Source: Thiopseudomonas sp. (GTDB lineage Bacteria; Pseudomonadota; Gammaproteobacteria; Pseudomonadales; Pseudomonadaceae). Taken from it: DNA of 64,000 nucleotides. The notes below the pieces were generated by a model. That model ran no database searches, was not told the origin of the DNA, and worked only from the letters and a program-made list of their open reading frames with translations. Position 1 is the stretch's first letter. The number at the start of each line of letters is the position of its first letter. A program made the position numbers and the translations under genes. Shown here in pieces: positions 52,930-63,064 of the stretch. The stretch lies in contig JAHAYO010000009.1 in assembly GCA_018384595.1 (NCBI GenBank), positions 11,233-75,232 of the forward strand, given 5' to 3'.

Positions 52930-54666
52930 ATGAACTGCGAAGCACAATTCAAACAGCAACTTGAGCAACTGCAACAGTTTGTCACCGATGAAAAGGCCGC
53001 CACCCTGCAGCAGCTAGAGTCAGTATGGCTGAAAAACCTCGATGCCAAACTAACCACCGGCCAGACTCAGGCCATCAGCGGTCTGCAGCAGATAGACAAA
53101 CATAGCATCCGTGCGCAGCTGGGCGATAACGAGTCCAGATACCGAGAGGGCGATATTGTGAGGCTCTATCTGGATGATCCGTTGACCGGAACCAGCCTGA
53201 CCCAGCTACGTATTGAGACGGTGCACGAAGACGAATGGCTGCTCAGGGCGCATCAACTCAACACCGACAGTTTCCGAGAGCTAAAAGACGGCTGCTTCGC
53301 TGACCCCTGCTTTATCGACTTGGAAGGGTTGTATCAAAAAGCGCTGAGCGAAGTCGCCGCAATGCACATAGGTCGCTCCATCATCCTGCCGCTACTGGCT
53401 GGACAGCTGGAAAACAACTTGGTGGATGAGGATCTGTACGATGAAGCCATGCTCCGTCTGGAAGAAGACGAATTTAATGACCCACAGCGTGACGCCATTG
53501 CACTGGGTGTAGCCGCCGAATATCTAGTCTGTATTCAGGGACCACCGGGTACCGGTAAAACCCGCGTCATTGCCAAAATAGCGCAACTTTTGACGGAAAA
53601 AGGCGAGCGCATTCTGCTGACCTCCCACACCCACATGGCTATCAACAACGCGCTGAATAAGATCAAACCGCTTGTTGTAAACACAGTGAAAGTCGGCAGT
53701 CTAGACAGTTGTAGCGCCCTCAATTCCGACATTGAACGCTTCACCCATGGCGAAAACTGGAAAAACATGCCCGATAATGGCTATGTAATTGGCGCTACAC
53801 CCTTTGCCACCTGCACCCAGCGCTTAGAAGACTACAGCTTTGATACGGTCATCTTTGACGAGGCGAGTCAAATCACCTTGCCGCTGGCCATTATGGCCAT
53901 GCGTAAAGGCACCCGTTTTATCTTTGTGGGCGACCATAAACAGCTGCCGCCTGTGGTTTTATCCAACTCCATTCTGGACAGGAGCCACTCGGCGTTCTCC
54001 GCCCTGATTAACAACAACAATGAACTGTCCGTCATGCTGGATGAAACCTATCGCATGAACCAGTGGCTGACCGCCTGGCCATCGCGCACTTATTACCAGC
54101 ATGCGCTCAAGGCCAGCGGCCCCAACCAGGCACGCCGTTTTCCGCTGAGTCCACCACCCGGTTTTGCCAGCCAAATACTCAACCCCGAACACTCGCTGGT
54201 TTACATACCTTCGCCCGGCACCGACGCCAAAAACAAAAACGAACAGGAAGCTCAGCTGGTCGAACGCATCATTCTTGCCGCCCTCGCTGCTGGACTGGAT
54301 TGTAGCGACATAGGTGTAGTGGTGCCTTTTCGACTGCATGGTAAAAACATCAGGCAAAAGCTGCACAAGCATGCGATCGGGCCCATAGTGGTCGATACGG
54401 TTGAGCGGATGCAGGGGCAGGAAATGGAGCTGGTCATTCTGTCGCTGTGCAGCACCGCTGCAACCTATTTACAGGCACTGGCCGATTTTATGTTTGCGCC
54501 CGAACGCATCAACGTTTCTATCACGCGCGCCAAGTCCAAGCTCATCATTATTGGTCCTGAGCTGGATCTGAACGATTTTGCATCAGCCAGTCCCCATACT
54601 CGGCGCTTAATCCAACACTATCAGTCCCTCATTACCAGCGCTAAGCGTCAGGAATGGATACCCTAA
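52930..54666 (+). CDS. Upf1/Dna2-like superfamily 1B helicase
   Basis: QGPPGTGKT, FDEASQ, VGDHKQLPP, YRMN, TVERMQGQE, RINVSITRAK. Confidence 0.9.
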   Translation: MNCEAQFKQQLEQLQQFVTDEKAATLQQLESVWLKNLDAKLTTGQTQAISGLQQIDKHSIRAQLGDNESRYREGDIVRLYLDDPLTGTSLTQLRIETVHEDEWLLRAHQLNTDSFRELKDGCFADPCFIDLEGLYQKALSEVAAMHIGRSIILPLLAGQLENNLVDEDLYDEAMLRLEEDEFNDPQRDAIALGVAAEYLVCIQGPPGTGKTRVIAKIAQLLTEKGERILLTSHTHMAINNALNKIKPLVVNTVKVGSLDSCSALNSDIERFTHGENWKNMPDNGYVIGATPFATCTQRLEDYSFDTVIFDEASQITLPLAIMAMRKGTRFIFVGDHKQLPPVVLSNSILDRSHSAFSALINNNNELSVMLDETYRMNQWLTAWPSRTYYQHALKASGPNQARRFPLSPPPGFASQILNPEHSLVYIPSPGTDAKNKNEQEAQLVERIILAALAAGLDCSDIGVVVPFRLHGKNIRQKLHKHAIGPIVVDTVERMQGQEMELVILSLCSTAATYLQALADFMFAPERINVSITRAKSKLIIIGPELDLNDFASASPHTRRLIQHYQSLITSAKRQEWIP

Positions 54667-54668
54667 CC

Positions 54669-56594
54669 ATGGCAAAACTCGATTCACTGCACACCCTGCA
54701 CAGAACGGTTCGCAGCAAAGTTAAAAAGCTACTTTCTGCGTTGTCCGACCATTACATCGTTCGCGACCAAATGATCGACAACGAACGGCTGTCGCCCTTG
54801 CTGATTGAGGGGCCACACAACAGCTGGGCCTTTTGTGGATACGCCCAACACGCGCTACCTCCAGACATCCTGAACAAACTGGATAGCTACAACAAGGGCC
54901 GCGAAGAGCGGGGTTACTCACCGATTAAATACCTGCTGATTAGCGCACAGGAACAGGACTTGTTCTCGCCATCTACGGCCTGCCCTCACCTGATCACCTT
55001 GGCTTTGGACAGCAGCCCCGAGGTAGCTGCCGCACGCATTAAAGATGCGCTGACCGCCCTGCCTGATGAGCAGCACGACAATTTCAAAAGCCAGTTTGTC
55101 AAAGAGTCCATCGTCATCACCAGGCGGAAAACCCGACGCTTTACCGACAGCCGCAGCAACGATGCCTGTCTGGGCAACTTTTTTCTGGACTATGACCAAG
55201 AGCGCGCCACCAAAATGGGTCTGCTGCACGCAGCGGAGGATAGCCCATCAGACAAGGATGATTATTCAGTCAACCTGATCAATGGCGTAGCCGGCAGCGG
55301 CAAAACGCTTATCCTGATCAACAGAGCGCTGCTCTATCAAAAAAAGAACCCTGATAAAAAAACCATCATCCTGATCCACAATAAGCCCATTGTTAGCTGG
55401 GTTCGCAGCATCATCAGACAGCATAGCCGCGATATTGCAGTCGAAACCTTTCATGCTTTTGCCAAACAACAAGCAGAGCGTGCGCTGGCGACAAAAATCA
55501 ACCCGCTGTTCAAACTCTATGCCAGCCATATCCCCAACCTGGCCGAGCAAATCAAGCTGGATAAGGACAAGATCGCCGAAGAAATCGAATATATAAACGA
55601 CTATCTGATTAGCAGCGAAGAAGCCTATCTGGAGTACGAGCGCCAGGGACGCGGTTTTTCGCTGCAGAAAAACCAGCGCAGCCTGATCTGGCAACTCTAC
55701 GAAAACATAACTGCCGCACTAAAAACCAACAACACTGCTGGGCAGCCGCACCTGGCCAGTCTGTACATTCGCGACCTGTGCCTGCTGGACAGTCCCGAAA
55801 ACCTGCGCAAATATGATCACATCATGATTGATGAAGCTCAGTTTTTTGCGCCATCTTGGCTGCAACTGGCGAAAAAATCACTCCAGGCCAACGGCAAAAT
55901 TTTTATGTGTGCCGACCCCAACCAAGGTTTTTTAAAACACCGCCTCAGCTGGCGTAGCGTCGGCCTAAATGTGCAGGGCCGTACTCGAAAACTGCAACAG
56001 CCCTATCGCTCGACCTATCAAATCATGGCTGCCGCCAACCGGCTGATTTCTTTGATTCAGGAAGAGGATGAAGACTATGTAAAGCCAGAGTTTCGATCCA
56101 TTCCCCACGGCCCGAAACCCAAGGTCATTTATACCGCCAGTCAAGCCGACGAGAACACTCGTTTTCTCAATGAGCTGAACAATCTAATCCACCAGAACAG
56201 CATCCCTCTAGAGCAGATCGTGGTATTGACCAGCGGCTACGCCGACAACATCCAGCAGTTAATCGAACAACGTATCGGTCAAGGCATTAGCTTGGATATC
56301 AACAACTACACACAGCAGCGTGCTGATCAATCCAACAAAATCAGGGTAATGAGTATCAACAGTTGCACCGGCATTGAAGCCTCCATTGTGCTGGTGCTGG
56401 GTGCCGGAAAACTCATCGCCGCCTATAACGACATCCGGCTCAGCGCAGAAGAAAAGCAGCAGACCATGCATGAGTCCATTCGCAAACTCTATGTATCCAT
56501 GACCCGTGCCGCACAACACTTGGTCATATTCAGTACCGAGCCACTGCCCTCCATTCTGGGTGAAGCCATTGAAAGTAGCGGCCGGACTGCATAA
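54669..56594 (+). CDS. UvrD/Rep-like superfamily 1A helicase with an uncharacterised N-terminal domain (alternative start 54654)
   Basis: GVAGSGKT, IDEAQFF, ADPNQ, YRST, GIEA, LYVSMTRA. Confidence 0.88.
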   Translation: MAKLDSLHTLHRTVRSKVKKLLSALSDHYIVRDQMIDNERLSPLLIEGPHNSWAFCGYAQHALPPDILNKLDSYNKGREERGYSPIKYLLISAQEQDLFSPSTACPHLITLALDSSPEVAAARIKDALTALPDEQHDNFKSQFVKESIVITRRKTRRFTDSRSNDACLGNFFLDYDQERATKMGLLHAAEDSPSDKDDYSVNLINGVAGSGKTLILINRALLYQKKNPDKKTIILIHNKPIVSWVRSIIRQHSRDIAVETFHAFAKQQAERALATKINPLFKLYASHIPNLAEQIKLDKDKIAEEIEYINDYLISSEEAYLEYERQGRGFSLQKNQRSLIWQLYENITAALKTNNTAGQPHLASLYIRDLCLLDSPENLRKYDHIMIDEAQFFAPSWLQLAKKSLQANGKIFMCADPNQGFLKHRLSWRSVGLNVQGRTRKLQQPYRSTYQIMAAANRLISLIQEEDEDYVKPEFRSIPHGPKPKVIYTASQADENTRFLNELNNLIHQNSIPLEQIVVLTSGYADNIQQLIEQRIGQGISLDINNYTQQRADQSNKIRVMSINSCTGIEASIVLVLGAGKLIAAYNDIRLSAEEKQQTMHESIRKLYVSMTRAAQHLVIFSTEPLPSILGEAIESSGRTA

Positions 56595-56647
56595 CAGCCT
56601 GCCTGCATCTGTTTAAGGGCTTCCGCTTGATCCTGCAATCTGGTCTG

Positions 56648-56710
56648 TCATATATCGGTTTCACACAGCGCCGCCGGTGTGATGTGTTTCAGGTCGTGGA
56701 AGTTTTTCAT
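56648..56710 (-). pseudogene. Possible tyrosine-integrase remnant
   Basis: Short frame MKNFHDLKH... resembles the catalytic H-x-x-R(K) box (HDLKH/HDLRH); lies just 3' of the tRNA. Confidence 0.4.
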
Positions 56711-56751
56711 GGCAGTCACCTTTAGCAGTTAAGAGGGTGCCAAGCGAAATT

Positions 56752-56772
56752 GGTACACGAATCGGTACACGA
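56752..56772. repeat. Two 9-bp direct repeats (att arm-site-like)
   Basis: GGTACACGA at 56752 and 56764. Confidence 0.6.
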
Positions 56773-56786
56773 CACTTTGAGGAAAT

Positions 56787-56822
56787 AAAAAAGCCCCTAA
56801 GTATCAGGTACTTAGAGGCTTT
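56787..56822 (-). terminator. Hairpin/terminator directly 3' of tRNA-Leu
   Basis: AAAGCCTCTAAGTA-CCTGA-TACTTAGGGGCTTTTTT on the minus strand. Confidence 0.75.
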
Positions 56823-56825
56823 ATA

Positions 56826-56912
56826 TGGTGCCCGGAACCGGAATCGAACCGGTACGAAGTTGCCTTCGAGGGATTTTAAGTCCCTTGCGTCTACCTATTC
56901 CGCCATCCGGGC
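56826..56912 (-). tRNA. tRNA-Leu (anticodon TAA)
   Basis: GCCCGGATGGCGGAATAGGTAGACGC...AGGGA-CTTAAAA-TCCCT, long variable arm, GGTTCGATTCC, encoded CCA; 87 nt. Confidence 0.97.
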
Positions 56913-56954
56913 TGAATGACAAGACCTAGCCAAGCTGGCTCAGGCAGGTGCGAG

Positions 56955-56983
56955 AATATATAGGGTTTACCGATCAAGTTCAA
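56955..56983 (-). promoter_or_regulatory. Sigma-70 promoter of tRNA-Leu
   Basis: TTGAAC-N17-TATATT followed by a GC-rich discriminator. Confidence 0.65.
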
Positions 56984-57000
56984 CTGCTGGGCGGGCTTTG

Positions 57001-57450
57001 TCAGCAGCGAAAAATCAGATGGTTCTCCCACTCTTCCTCTGCGACCTCGGTTTCACTCAGCATGCGCCCAAGCTGGGATATGCCAGCGGCATGCACAGCG
57101 TTTTCGTCGCCGCACACCAGCGGGTGCCAAGGCCCCAGCGGTTTGCCTTCGGCCAGCATGCGGTAAGCGCAGGTTTGCGGCAGCCACTGATAAGAACGAA
57201 TGTCGCCGGGTTTGAGCTGGATGCAGTCCGGCACAAATTTTTGTCGCTCGGGGTAATTGCTGCAGCGGGCGGTGCCCAAATCCAGCAATTTACAGGCAAT
57301 GCGGGTGTAATAAATGCTATCGGCATCCTCGGCGTCGGCCAGTTTTTGCAGGCAGCACAGGCCGCAGCCGTCACAGAGCGATTCCCACTCTTCCTGATTC
57401 ATCTGTTCCAGTGTTTTGCTTTGCCAGAACGGCTTAACGATGGCGGCCAT
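57001..57450 (-). CDS. YcgN-family cysteine cluster protein
   Basis: [28 protein letters not shown]. Confidence 0.92.
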   Translation of the reverse strand: MAAIVKPFWQSKTLEQMNQEEWESLCDGCGLCCLQKLADAEDADSIYYTRIACKLLDLGTARCSNYPERQKFVPDCIQLKPGDIRSYQWLPQTCAYRMLAEGKPLGPWHPLVCGDENAVHAAGISQLGRMLSETEVAEEEWENHLIFRC

Positions 57451-57452
57451 GC

Positions 57453-57776
57453 TTATTTACCACTCGCCTTGCACTGCACACTGACGCGCATACGAATAAC
57501 CTCATGGTTAAAGCCGGCGGTTACGTGGCTTTTCTGGCCGGCCGCCAACCGTGCATTGCGCCTAACCGGCACTCCAGGGCCACTGCGAAAACGCACGCTG
57601 CACTGCGCGCTCCGAGCCCCCTGGTTGTACAACACCACAGCAGCGGTATTGTCGCCCAGATCCAACGGCTCCACCGTCACGGCCACATCTTGCATTTTTT
57701 CTTCCACTTCAAAAGGAAAAGCCCAGCTTTGGCTGCAGGCCAAAACTGCGCTCAGTATCAATATTTTTGGGTACAT
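57453..57776 (-). CDS. Small exported hypothetical protein
   Basis: Signal peptide ending SWA-FP, single Cys pair; 107 aa. Confidence 0.7.
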   Translation of the reverse strand: MYPKILILSAVLACSQSWAFPFEVEEKMQDVAVTVEPLDLGDNTAAVVLYNQGARSAQCSVRFRSGPGVPVRRNARLAAGQKSHVTAGFNHEVIRMRVSVQCKASGK

Positions 57777-57886
57777 GGACAGGTTTCGCTTGAATACAAC
57801 AAGCGCACAGTTTAACGCAAACGAAGCGCTATCGGGCAGCCACCCGGCTTGCCGTTGCGCACAGGCGTCGCTGCTCGTAGCAAGTA

Positions 57887-58783
57887 TTACTGCAGATCAA
57901 GCTTTTCTTCTTCCTGCTCAGGCGTGAGTGCAAAGCGCTCATCGTGACGTTCAAGCTGAATGGTGACGCGACGGTTGGCAGCCTTGTTGGCGCTGCTGGT
58001 ATTGGGTTTGGCAGGATAACGCTCGCCATGAAAGCGCACGATGATGGCTTCGTCGGCTATCCCTTTGTTTGTTAGATAGTTTTTCACCACCAAGGCACGC
58101 CGGCGCGACAGGTCACGATTAATCAGGCGGTCGCCACTGTTATCCGAGTGGCCGTCCAAGCGGATGCGGTTGACGGTTTTGTCCTCGGCCATGTAGTCCA
58201 GCAGGATATCCAGATGGGCCATAGCACGCTCGTTTAGCTCATAGCCGTCGTCAAAGCGCACCATGGTGAATTTGGCTTGATCAAAATTAATCGGTAGCAG
58301 CTTGGCTGTACAGTCGAGATAACTCTGATAAGCCTCCAGCACATTGACCGGATGCAGGCGGATTTCTAAGGGCTCCCCCTGCACCGTTTTGTGCCGAACC
58401 ACCGGCGCACGCCCCTCCAAAACACCGCTCAACAGGCGTCCGGCCTGCTTCTGATCGGACTCGGCGCTACGCTCGTTGCCGGCCACCGGCATGCGGCCCA
58501 GCAACAGGTCGCTTTCGCCGCCACGCCAAGTCGCAGCCGCGGCATACAGCATAGCATTGCCACGCGCCAGCCAAGCCTCGCGCGTTACGATGCGGAATAC
58601 CGGCTTTTCGCCTGCCCTGCGTACAAACATGCCATAACCAAAACGCGGCACGGGCTGACTGAGGCGGCACTCGAAACGGTCGCCTTCAACCTCCCATGTC
58701 ACGTCTTCAATTCGCTCCTGAAACGTCAGCGCATGTACCAGCACCGGCACCGCCAGAACTCCCAGCCAGAAAAAACGGCGCAT
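57887..58783 (-). CDS. motY: Flagellar stator-associated MotY (OmpA-like C-terminus)
   Basis: WEVEGDRFECRLSQ, GHSDNSG, NRDLSRRRA, NRRVTI. Confidence 0.85.
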   Translation of the reverse strand: MRRFFWLGVLAVPVLVHALTFQERIEDVTWEVEGDRFECRLSQPVPRFGYGMFVRRAGEKPVFRIVTREAWLARGNAMLYAAAATWRGGESDLLLGRMPVAGNERSAESDQKQAGRLLSGVLEGRAPVVRHKTVQGEPLEIRLHPVNVLEAYQSYLDCTAKLLPINFDQAKFTMVRFDDGYELNERAMAHLDILLDYMAEDKTVNRIRLDGHSDNSGDRLINRDLSRRRALVVKNYLTNKGIADEAIIVRFHGERYPAKPNTSSANKAANRRVTIQLERHDERFALTPEQEEEKLDLQ

Positions 58784-58912
58784 AACACTACTCCCGACAA
58801 AAATTTGGCATTTCAAGGCCCACCTTGAGGTATCCGCAGGCCGATACATGATAAGTACGGCATTTTACGGTAAGATCCGGCGTTTATATTCACCACAGAA
58901 CTACGGGACCAC

Positions 58913-59962
58913 ATGATGACCGAACGCCTGACCATTTTACGCCCCGACGACTGGCACATTCACCTGCGTGACGGTGCTGTCCTGTCGCATACCGTCGCCG
59001 ATGCGTCACGCATGTTTTCCCGTGCAATTATCATGCCGAACCTCGTGCCACCCGCACGCAATGTCGAAGAAGCCGGCCAGTACCGCGAGCGTATCTTGGC
59101 TGCCGTGCCAGCCGGACGCAGCTTCGAGCCGCTGATGACCCTGTACCTGACTGACCAGACCACTCCAGACATCATTCGCACCGCCAAAGCCAGCGGCTTT
59201 GTGCACGCGGCCAAACTGTATCCAGCCGGTGCCACCACCAACTCCGATTCAGGCGTGACCGCGCTGGAGCATATTTTTCCGGCACTGGAAACCATGGCCG
59301 AGGTGGGCATGCCGCTGCTGGTGCATGGCGAGGTAACCCACGCTGAGGTCGATATTTTTGACCGTGAAAAACGTTTTATCGACGAACAGCTCGCTGCGCT
59401 GGTGCAGCGCTTCCCCACCTTGAAGGTGGTGATGGAGCACATTACCACCGCCGATGCAGTGCAGTTTGTCGAGTCGGCCCGTGCCGGCGTGGCGGCAACC
59501 ATCACCCCACATCACCTGCTGTTTAACCGCAACCACATGCTGGTCGGCGGCATCAAGCCACACTTTTATTGCCTGCCCATCCTCAAGCGCAACACACACC
59601 AGCACGCCCTGCTGCAGGCTGCCACCCGTGGTAACCCTAAGTTTTTCCTCGGTACCGACTCGGCCCCGCATGCACAGCACACCAAAGAAGCGGCCTGTGG
59701 CTGCGCTGGCTGCTACAGTGCTTTTGCCGCCATCGAACTGTACGCCATGGCCTTTGAGCAAGAAGGCGCACTGGACAAACTGGAAGCCTTTGCCAGCCAT
59801 TTCGGTGCTGACTTCTACGGCCTACCGCGTAATACCGAAACCGTAACCCTAGCCCGCGAAAGCTGGCAAGTGCCGGCACAACTGCCCTTTGGCGACACCC
59901 ATGTGGTGCCGCTTTGCGCCGGCGACACCCTGACCTGGCGTCTGCAGGAGCAGCCAGCATGA
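58913..59962 (+). CDS. pyrC: Dihydroorotase
   Basis: [31 protein letters not shown]. Confidence 0.97.
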   Translation: MMTERLTILRPDDWHIHLRDGAVLSHTVADASRMFSRAIIMPNLVPPARNVEEAGQYRERILAAVPAGRSFEPLMTLYLTDQTTPDIIRTAKASGFVHAAKLYPAGATTNSDSGVTALEHIFPALETMAEVGMPLLVHGEVTHAEVDIFDREKRFIDEQLAALVQRFPTLKVVMEHITTADAVQFVESARAGVAATITPHHLLFNRNHMLVGGIKPHFYCLPILKRNTHQHALLQAATRGNPKFFLGTDSAPHAQHTKEAACGCAGCYSAFAAIELYAMAFEQEGALDKLEAFASHFGADFYGLPRNTETVTLARESWQVPAQLPFGDTHVVPLCAGDTLTWRLQEQPA

Positions 59963-60639
59963 GTCAGGATTACGACGACTTTGACGAACAGGAAGACGCA
60001 CCCCAAAGCGGAAAAAACAAGCCTAAATCACCGCTCGCGCAGCGTTTTCGCGGCTATTTGCCGGTGGTGGTGGATGTGGAAACCGGCGGCTTTAACAATG
60101 CCACCGACGCTCTGCTGGAGATTGCGGCCGTGATTCCTGGCATGGACGACCGTGGCCTGCTGTATGCCGAGCACACACAGTTTTTCCGCGTGGAGCCCTT
60201 TGAAGGTGCCAATATCGAACCGGCCGCGCTGGAATTTACCGGCATCAAGCTCAATCACCCGCTACGCATGGCGGTGAGCGAAGAGCACGCGCTGGGCGAA
60301 ATTTTCAAGAGCATACGCAAGTCAATGAAAAGCCATGGCTGCAAACGCGCCATCTTGGTCGGCCATAACAGCCCCTTTGACCTGGGCTTTGTGCAAGCGG
60401 CCGCCGCTCGCTGCGCGCTCAAGCGCAACCCCTTCCATCCATTTTCCAGCTTTGATACCGCCACTCTGGCCGGCCTTGCCTACGGCCAAACGGTATTGGC
60501 CAAGGCCTGCGAAGCAGCCGGTATTGAGTTTGATAACCGCGAGGCACACAGCGCCCGCTACGATACCGAAAAAACCGCCGAGCTGTTTTTTGAGATCGTG
60601 AACCGCTGGAAATCAATGGGCGGCTGGAACGACTACTAA
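59959..60639 (+). CDS. rnt: Ribonuclease T
   Basis: [25 protein letters not shown]. Confidence 0.96.
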   Translation: MSQDYDDFDEQEDAPQSGKNKPKSPLAQRFRGYLPVVVDVETGGFNNATDALLEIAAVIPGMDDRGLLYAEHTQFFRVEPFEGANIEPAALEFTGIKLNHPLRMAVSEEHALGEIFKSIRKSMKSHGCKRAILVGHNSPFDLGFVQAAAARCALKRNPFHPFSSFDTATLAGLAYGQTVLAKACEAAGIEFDNREAHSARYDTEKTAELFFEIVNRWKSMGGWNDY

Positions 60640-60659
60640 CCCCTGCCGTTAAACGCGCG

Positions 60660-60689
60660 TGTCACGGGCTGGTAAGCAGGCCCGTGACA
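60660..60689. terminator. Inverted repeat between convergent rnt and rlmKL
   Basis: TGTCACGGGC...GCCCGTGACA. Confidence 0.65.
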
Positions 60690-60697
60690 GTCAAGCG

Positions 60698-62905
60698 TTA
60701 CTCGTCAACAGAGTGCCGAATCCGCCATGCACGGTGGATTTTTTGATTGCGGGCAAAGTCCTGGTCGATGGTCTGGGCGCTGATTTCTTCGATGGCGTAC
60801 AGTTCTGCCAGCTCTGGTTCCAGCTCGAACTTGCGGAAGTTGTTGGAGAAATACAGCGTGCCGTCTTTGGCCAGCAGGCGCATGGCCTCGTTGATCAACG
60901 TGCGCTGGTCACGCTGCACATCAAACACATCCTGCATGCGCTTGGAGTTGGAGAAGGTCGGCGGGTCGATGAAAATCAGGTCGTATTCGCCCTGCTCTTT
61001 GGCCAGCCACTGCATGACATCGGCCTGCACCAGCTGGTTCTTGTCGGAAAAACCATTGAGTGACAGGTTGCGCCGTGCCCAGTCGAGGTAGGTTTTTGAC
61101 AAATCGACGCTAGTAGTGGTGCGCGCACCACCGGCAGCAGCATGCACGGTGGCGACACCGGTGTAGCAGAACAGGTTGAGAAAACGCTTGCCCTGGGCTT
61201 CATTAGCGATGCGCAGACGCATGGGGCGGTGATCCAGAAACAGGCCGGTATCCAGATAATCGGTCAGGTTGACCAGCAGCTTGACGCTGCCTTCCCGCAC
61301 TTCAAGAAACTCGCCCTTGCTGGCTTGGCGCTCGTATTGGTTAAGGCCGCTCTGGCGCTCGCGGCGCTTGATCACCACCTTGTCGGTCGGTACGTCCAGC
61401 GCTGACGGAATCGCTGCCAGCACATCCAACAGGCGAGATTGCGCCTTGTCCGCATCCACCGACTTAGGTGCGGCATATTCCTGCACATGCACCCAATCGC
61501 CATACATATCAATGGCCACCGCGTATTCAGGCATATCGGCGTCGTACAGGCGATAACACTGAATTTCATTCTGACGCAGCCATTTAGCCAGCTGTTTGCG
61601 GTTTTTTTGCAGACGATTGGCGAACATCTGCGCCCCATTGGACAGCATCGCCGGCGCTTCAGCTTTGGCGGTTACACGATCTGATTGCTGAGATGCCGCG
61701 CCCTGCTCCGGCTCGCGTGCGGTGACAAAGCTTTGCTCCCGCACATCAAACATCAGCAGCTTGCAGGGGATTGCGCCATTAAAAAACGCGTACTGTTTTT
61801 GGCTACGGATGCCCATGCGCTTGCACAGTTGCGGTGCACCGGTGAATACGCCGGCCTGCCAGCCTTGTAGCTGACCGCGCATACGCTCACCCAGATGCTG
61901 ATAAAGGTACAGCAGGCTGGCTTCGTCACCCAGCCGCTCGCCATAGGGCGGGTTACAGATCATCAAACCGGGCTGGCCGTGATCCGGGCTGGGCGCATAG
62001 GTGGCCAGCTCGCCTTGGTACACCTTGACCCAGTCGGCAAGGCCGGCGCGGGCAATGTTGTTGCGCGCCGGCTGCATCAGACGCGGGTCGGCTTCGTAGC
62101 CGCGAATCCACAGCGGTTCTTGCTGCAGGCCTATTTCGGCGCGCTGCTCGGCCTCCTCCAGCAAGCGGCTCCAAATGGATGGAACATGACCTTGCCAGCC
62201 CTGAAAGCCCCAGTACTCACGGCGCAAGCCTGGGGCCACATCAGCGGCCATCAGCGCACCTTCAATCAAAAAAGTACCCATGCCACACATCGGGTCACTC
62301 AGCGCATAGCCTTGTTTGGCCAATGCCGGCCAGTTAGCGCGCAACAAAATAGCGGCAGCAAGGTTTTCTTTCAAAGGTGCCGCACCCTGCTGCAAGCGGT
62401 AACCACGCTGGTGCAGGCTGGTGCCGGAAAAATCCAGCGCCACAGTGATTTCATCACGGCGCAAATGGACGTTGACGCGCAGGTCTGGATTACGCTTTTC
62501 CACCGACGGGCGATTGCCGAGACGGTCACGCAGCGCATCAACAATCGCATCCTTAACCTTGAGTGCACCAAAATGACTGTTGTCGATGGTCTTGCTGGTG
62601 CCGGAAAAATCGATCGCCAATGTGCTTTTGCTGTCCAGATGGTCGCGCCAGTCGATGCTTTGAATGGCGGCATACAGCTCGTCGGCGTTGCGCACCGGAA
62701 AGCGGCCGATCACCAGCAACACGCGGTTGGCCAAGCGTGACCACAGACACAGGCGGTAGGCAGTTTCCAACGTGCCCTGCCCACTGACCAGCGCCGGACG
62801 CTGACGCGCCTGTTCCAGCCCTAGGTCTTGCGCCTCGGTCAGCAGCAGCTCTTCTAGGCTTTTTGGGCAACTGAGGTGTATTTCTAGCAAATTCTCTATG
62901 GTCAT
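60698..62905 (-). CDS. rlmKL: Bifunctional 23S rRNA methyltransferase RlmKL
   Basis: THUMP domain, LHQRGYR, NPPYGERL, DTGLFLDHR, IDPPTFSNSK. Confidence 0.96.
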   Translation of the reverse strand: MTIENLLEIHLSCPKSLEELLLTEAQDLGLEQARQRPALVSGQGTLETAYRLCLWSRLANRVLLVIGRFPVRNADELYAAIQSIDWRDHLDSKSTLAIDFSGTSKTIDNSHFGALKVKDAIVDALRDRLGNRPSVEKRNPDLRVNVHLRRDEITVALDFSGTSLHQRGYRLQQGAAPLKENLAAAILLRANWPALAKQGYALSDPMCGMGTFLIEGALMAADVAPGLRREYWGFQGWQGHVPSIWSRLLEEAEQRAEIGLQQEPLWIRGYEADPRLMQPARNNIARAGLADWVKVYQGELATYAPSPDHGQPGLMICNPPYGERLGDEASLLYLYQHLGERMRGQLQGWQAGVFTGAPQLCKRMGIRSQKQYAFFNGAIPCKLLMFDVREQSFVTAREPEQGAASQQSDRVTAKAEAPAMLSNGAQMFANRLQKNRKQLAKWLRQNEIQCYRLYDADMPEYAVAIDMYGDWVHVQEYAAPKSVDADKAQSRLLDVLAAIPSALDVPTDKVVIKRRERQSGLNQYERQASKGEFLEVREGSVKLLVNLTDYLDTGLFLDHRPMRLRIANEAQGKRFLNLFCYTGVATVHAAAGGARTTTSVDLSKTYLDWARRNLSLNGFSDKNQLVQADVMQWLAKEQGEYDLIFIDPPTFSNSKRMQDVFDVQRDQRTLINEAMRLLAKDGTLYFSNNFRKFELEPELAELYAIEEISAQTIDQDFARNQKIHRAWRIRHSVDE

Positions 62906-63064
62906 GTGTCGCTTTTTCGGTAAGGAAATATAAGGGTTGTACCGACGCTTTATGTTACGTACAGCACATTTGTGTTCCTGCTAGCCTATCGCCTGCTGCG
63001 TAGATCCTGCCACTTCGTGCAGGATGACAACGGCCCCTGCTGAAACACCAAAACGAAACTGCAA

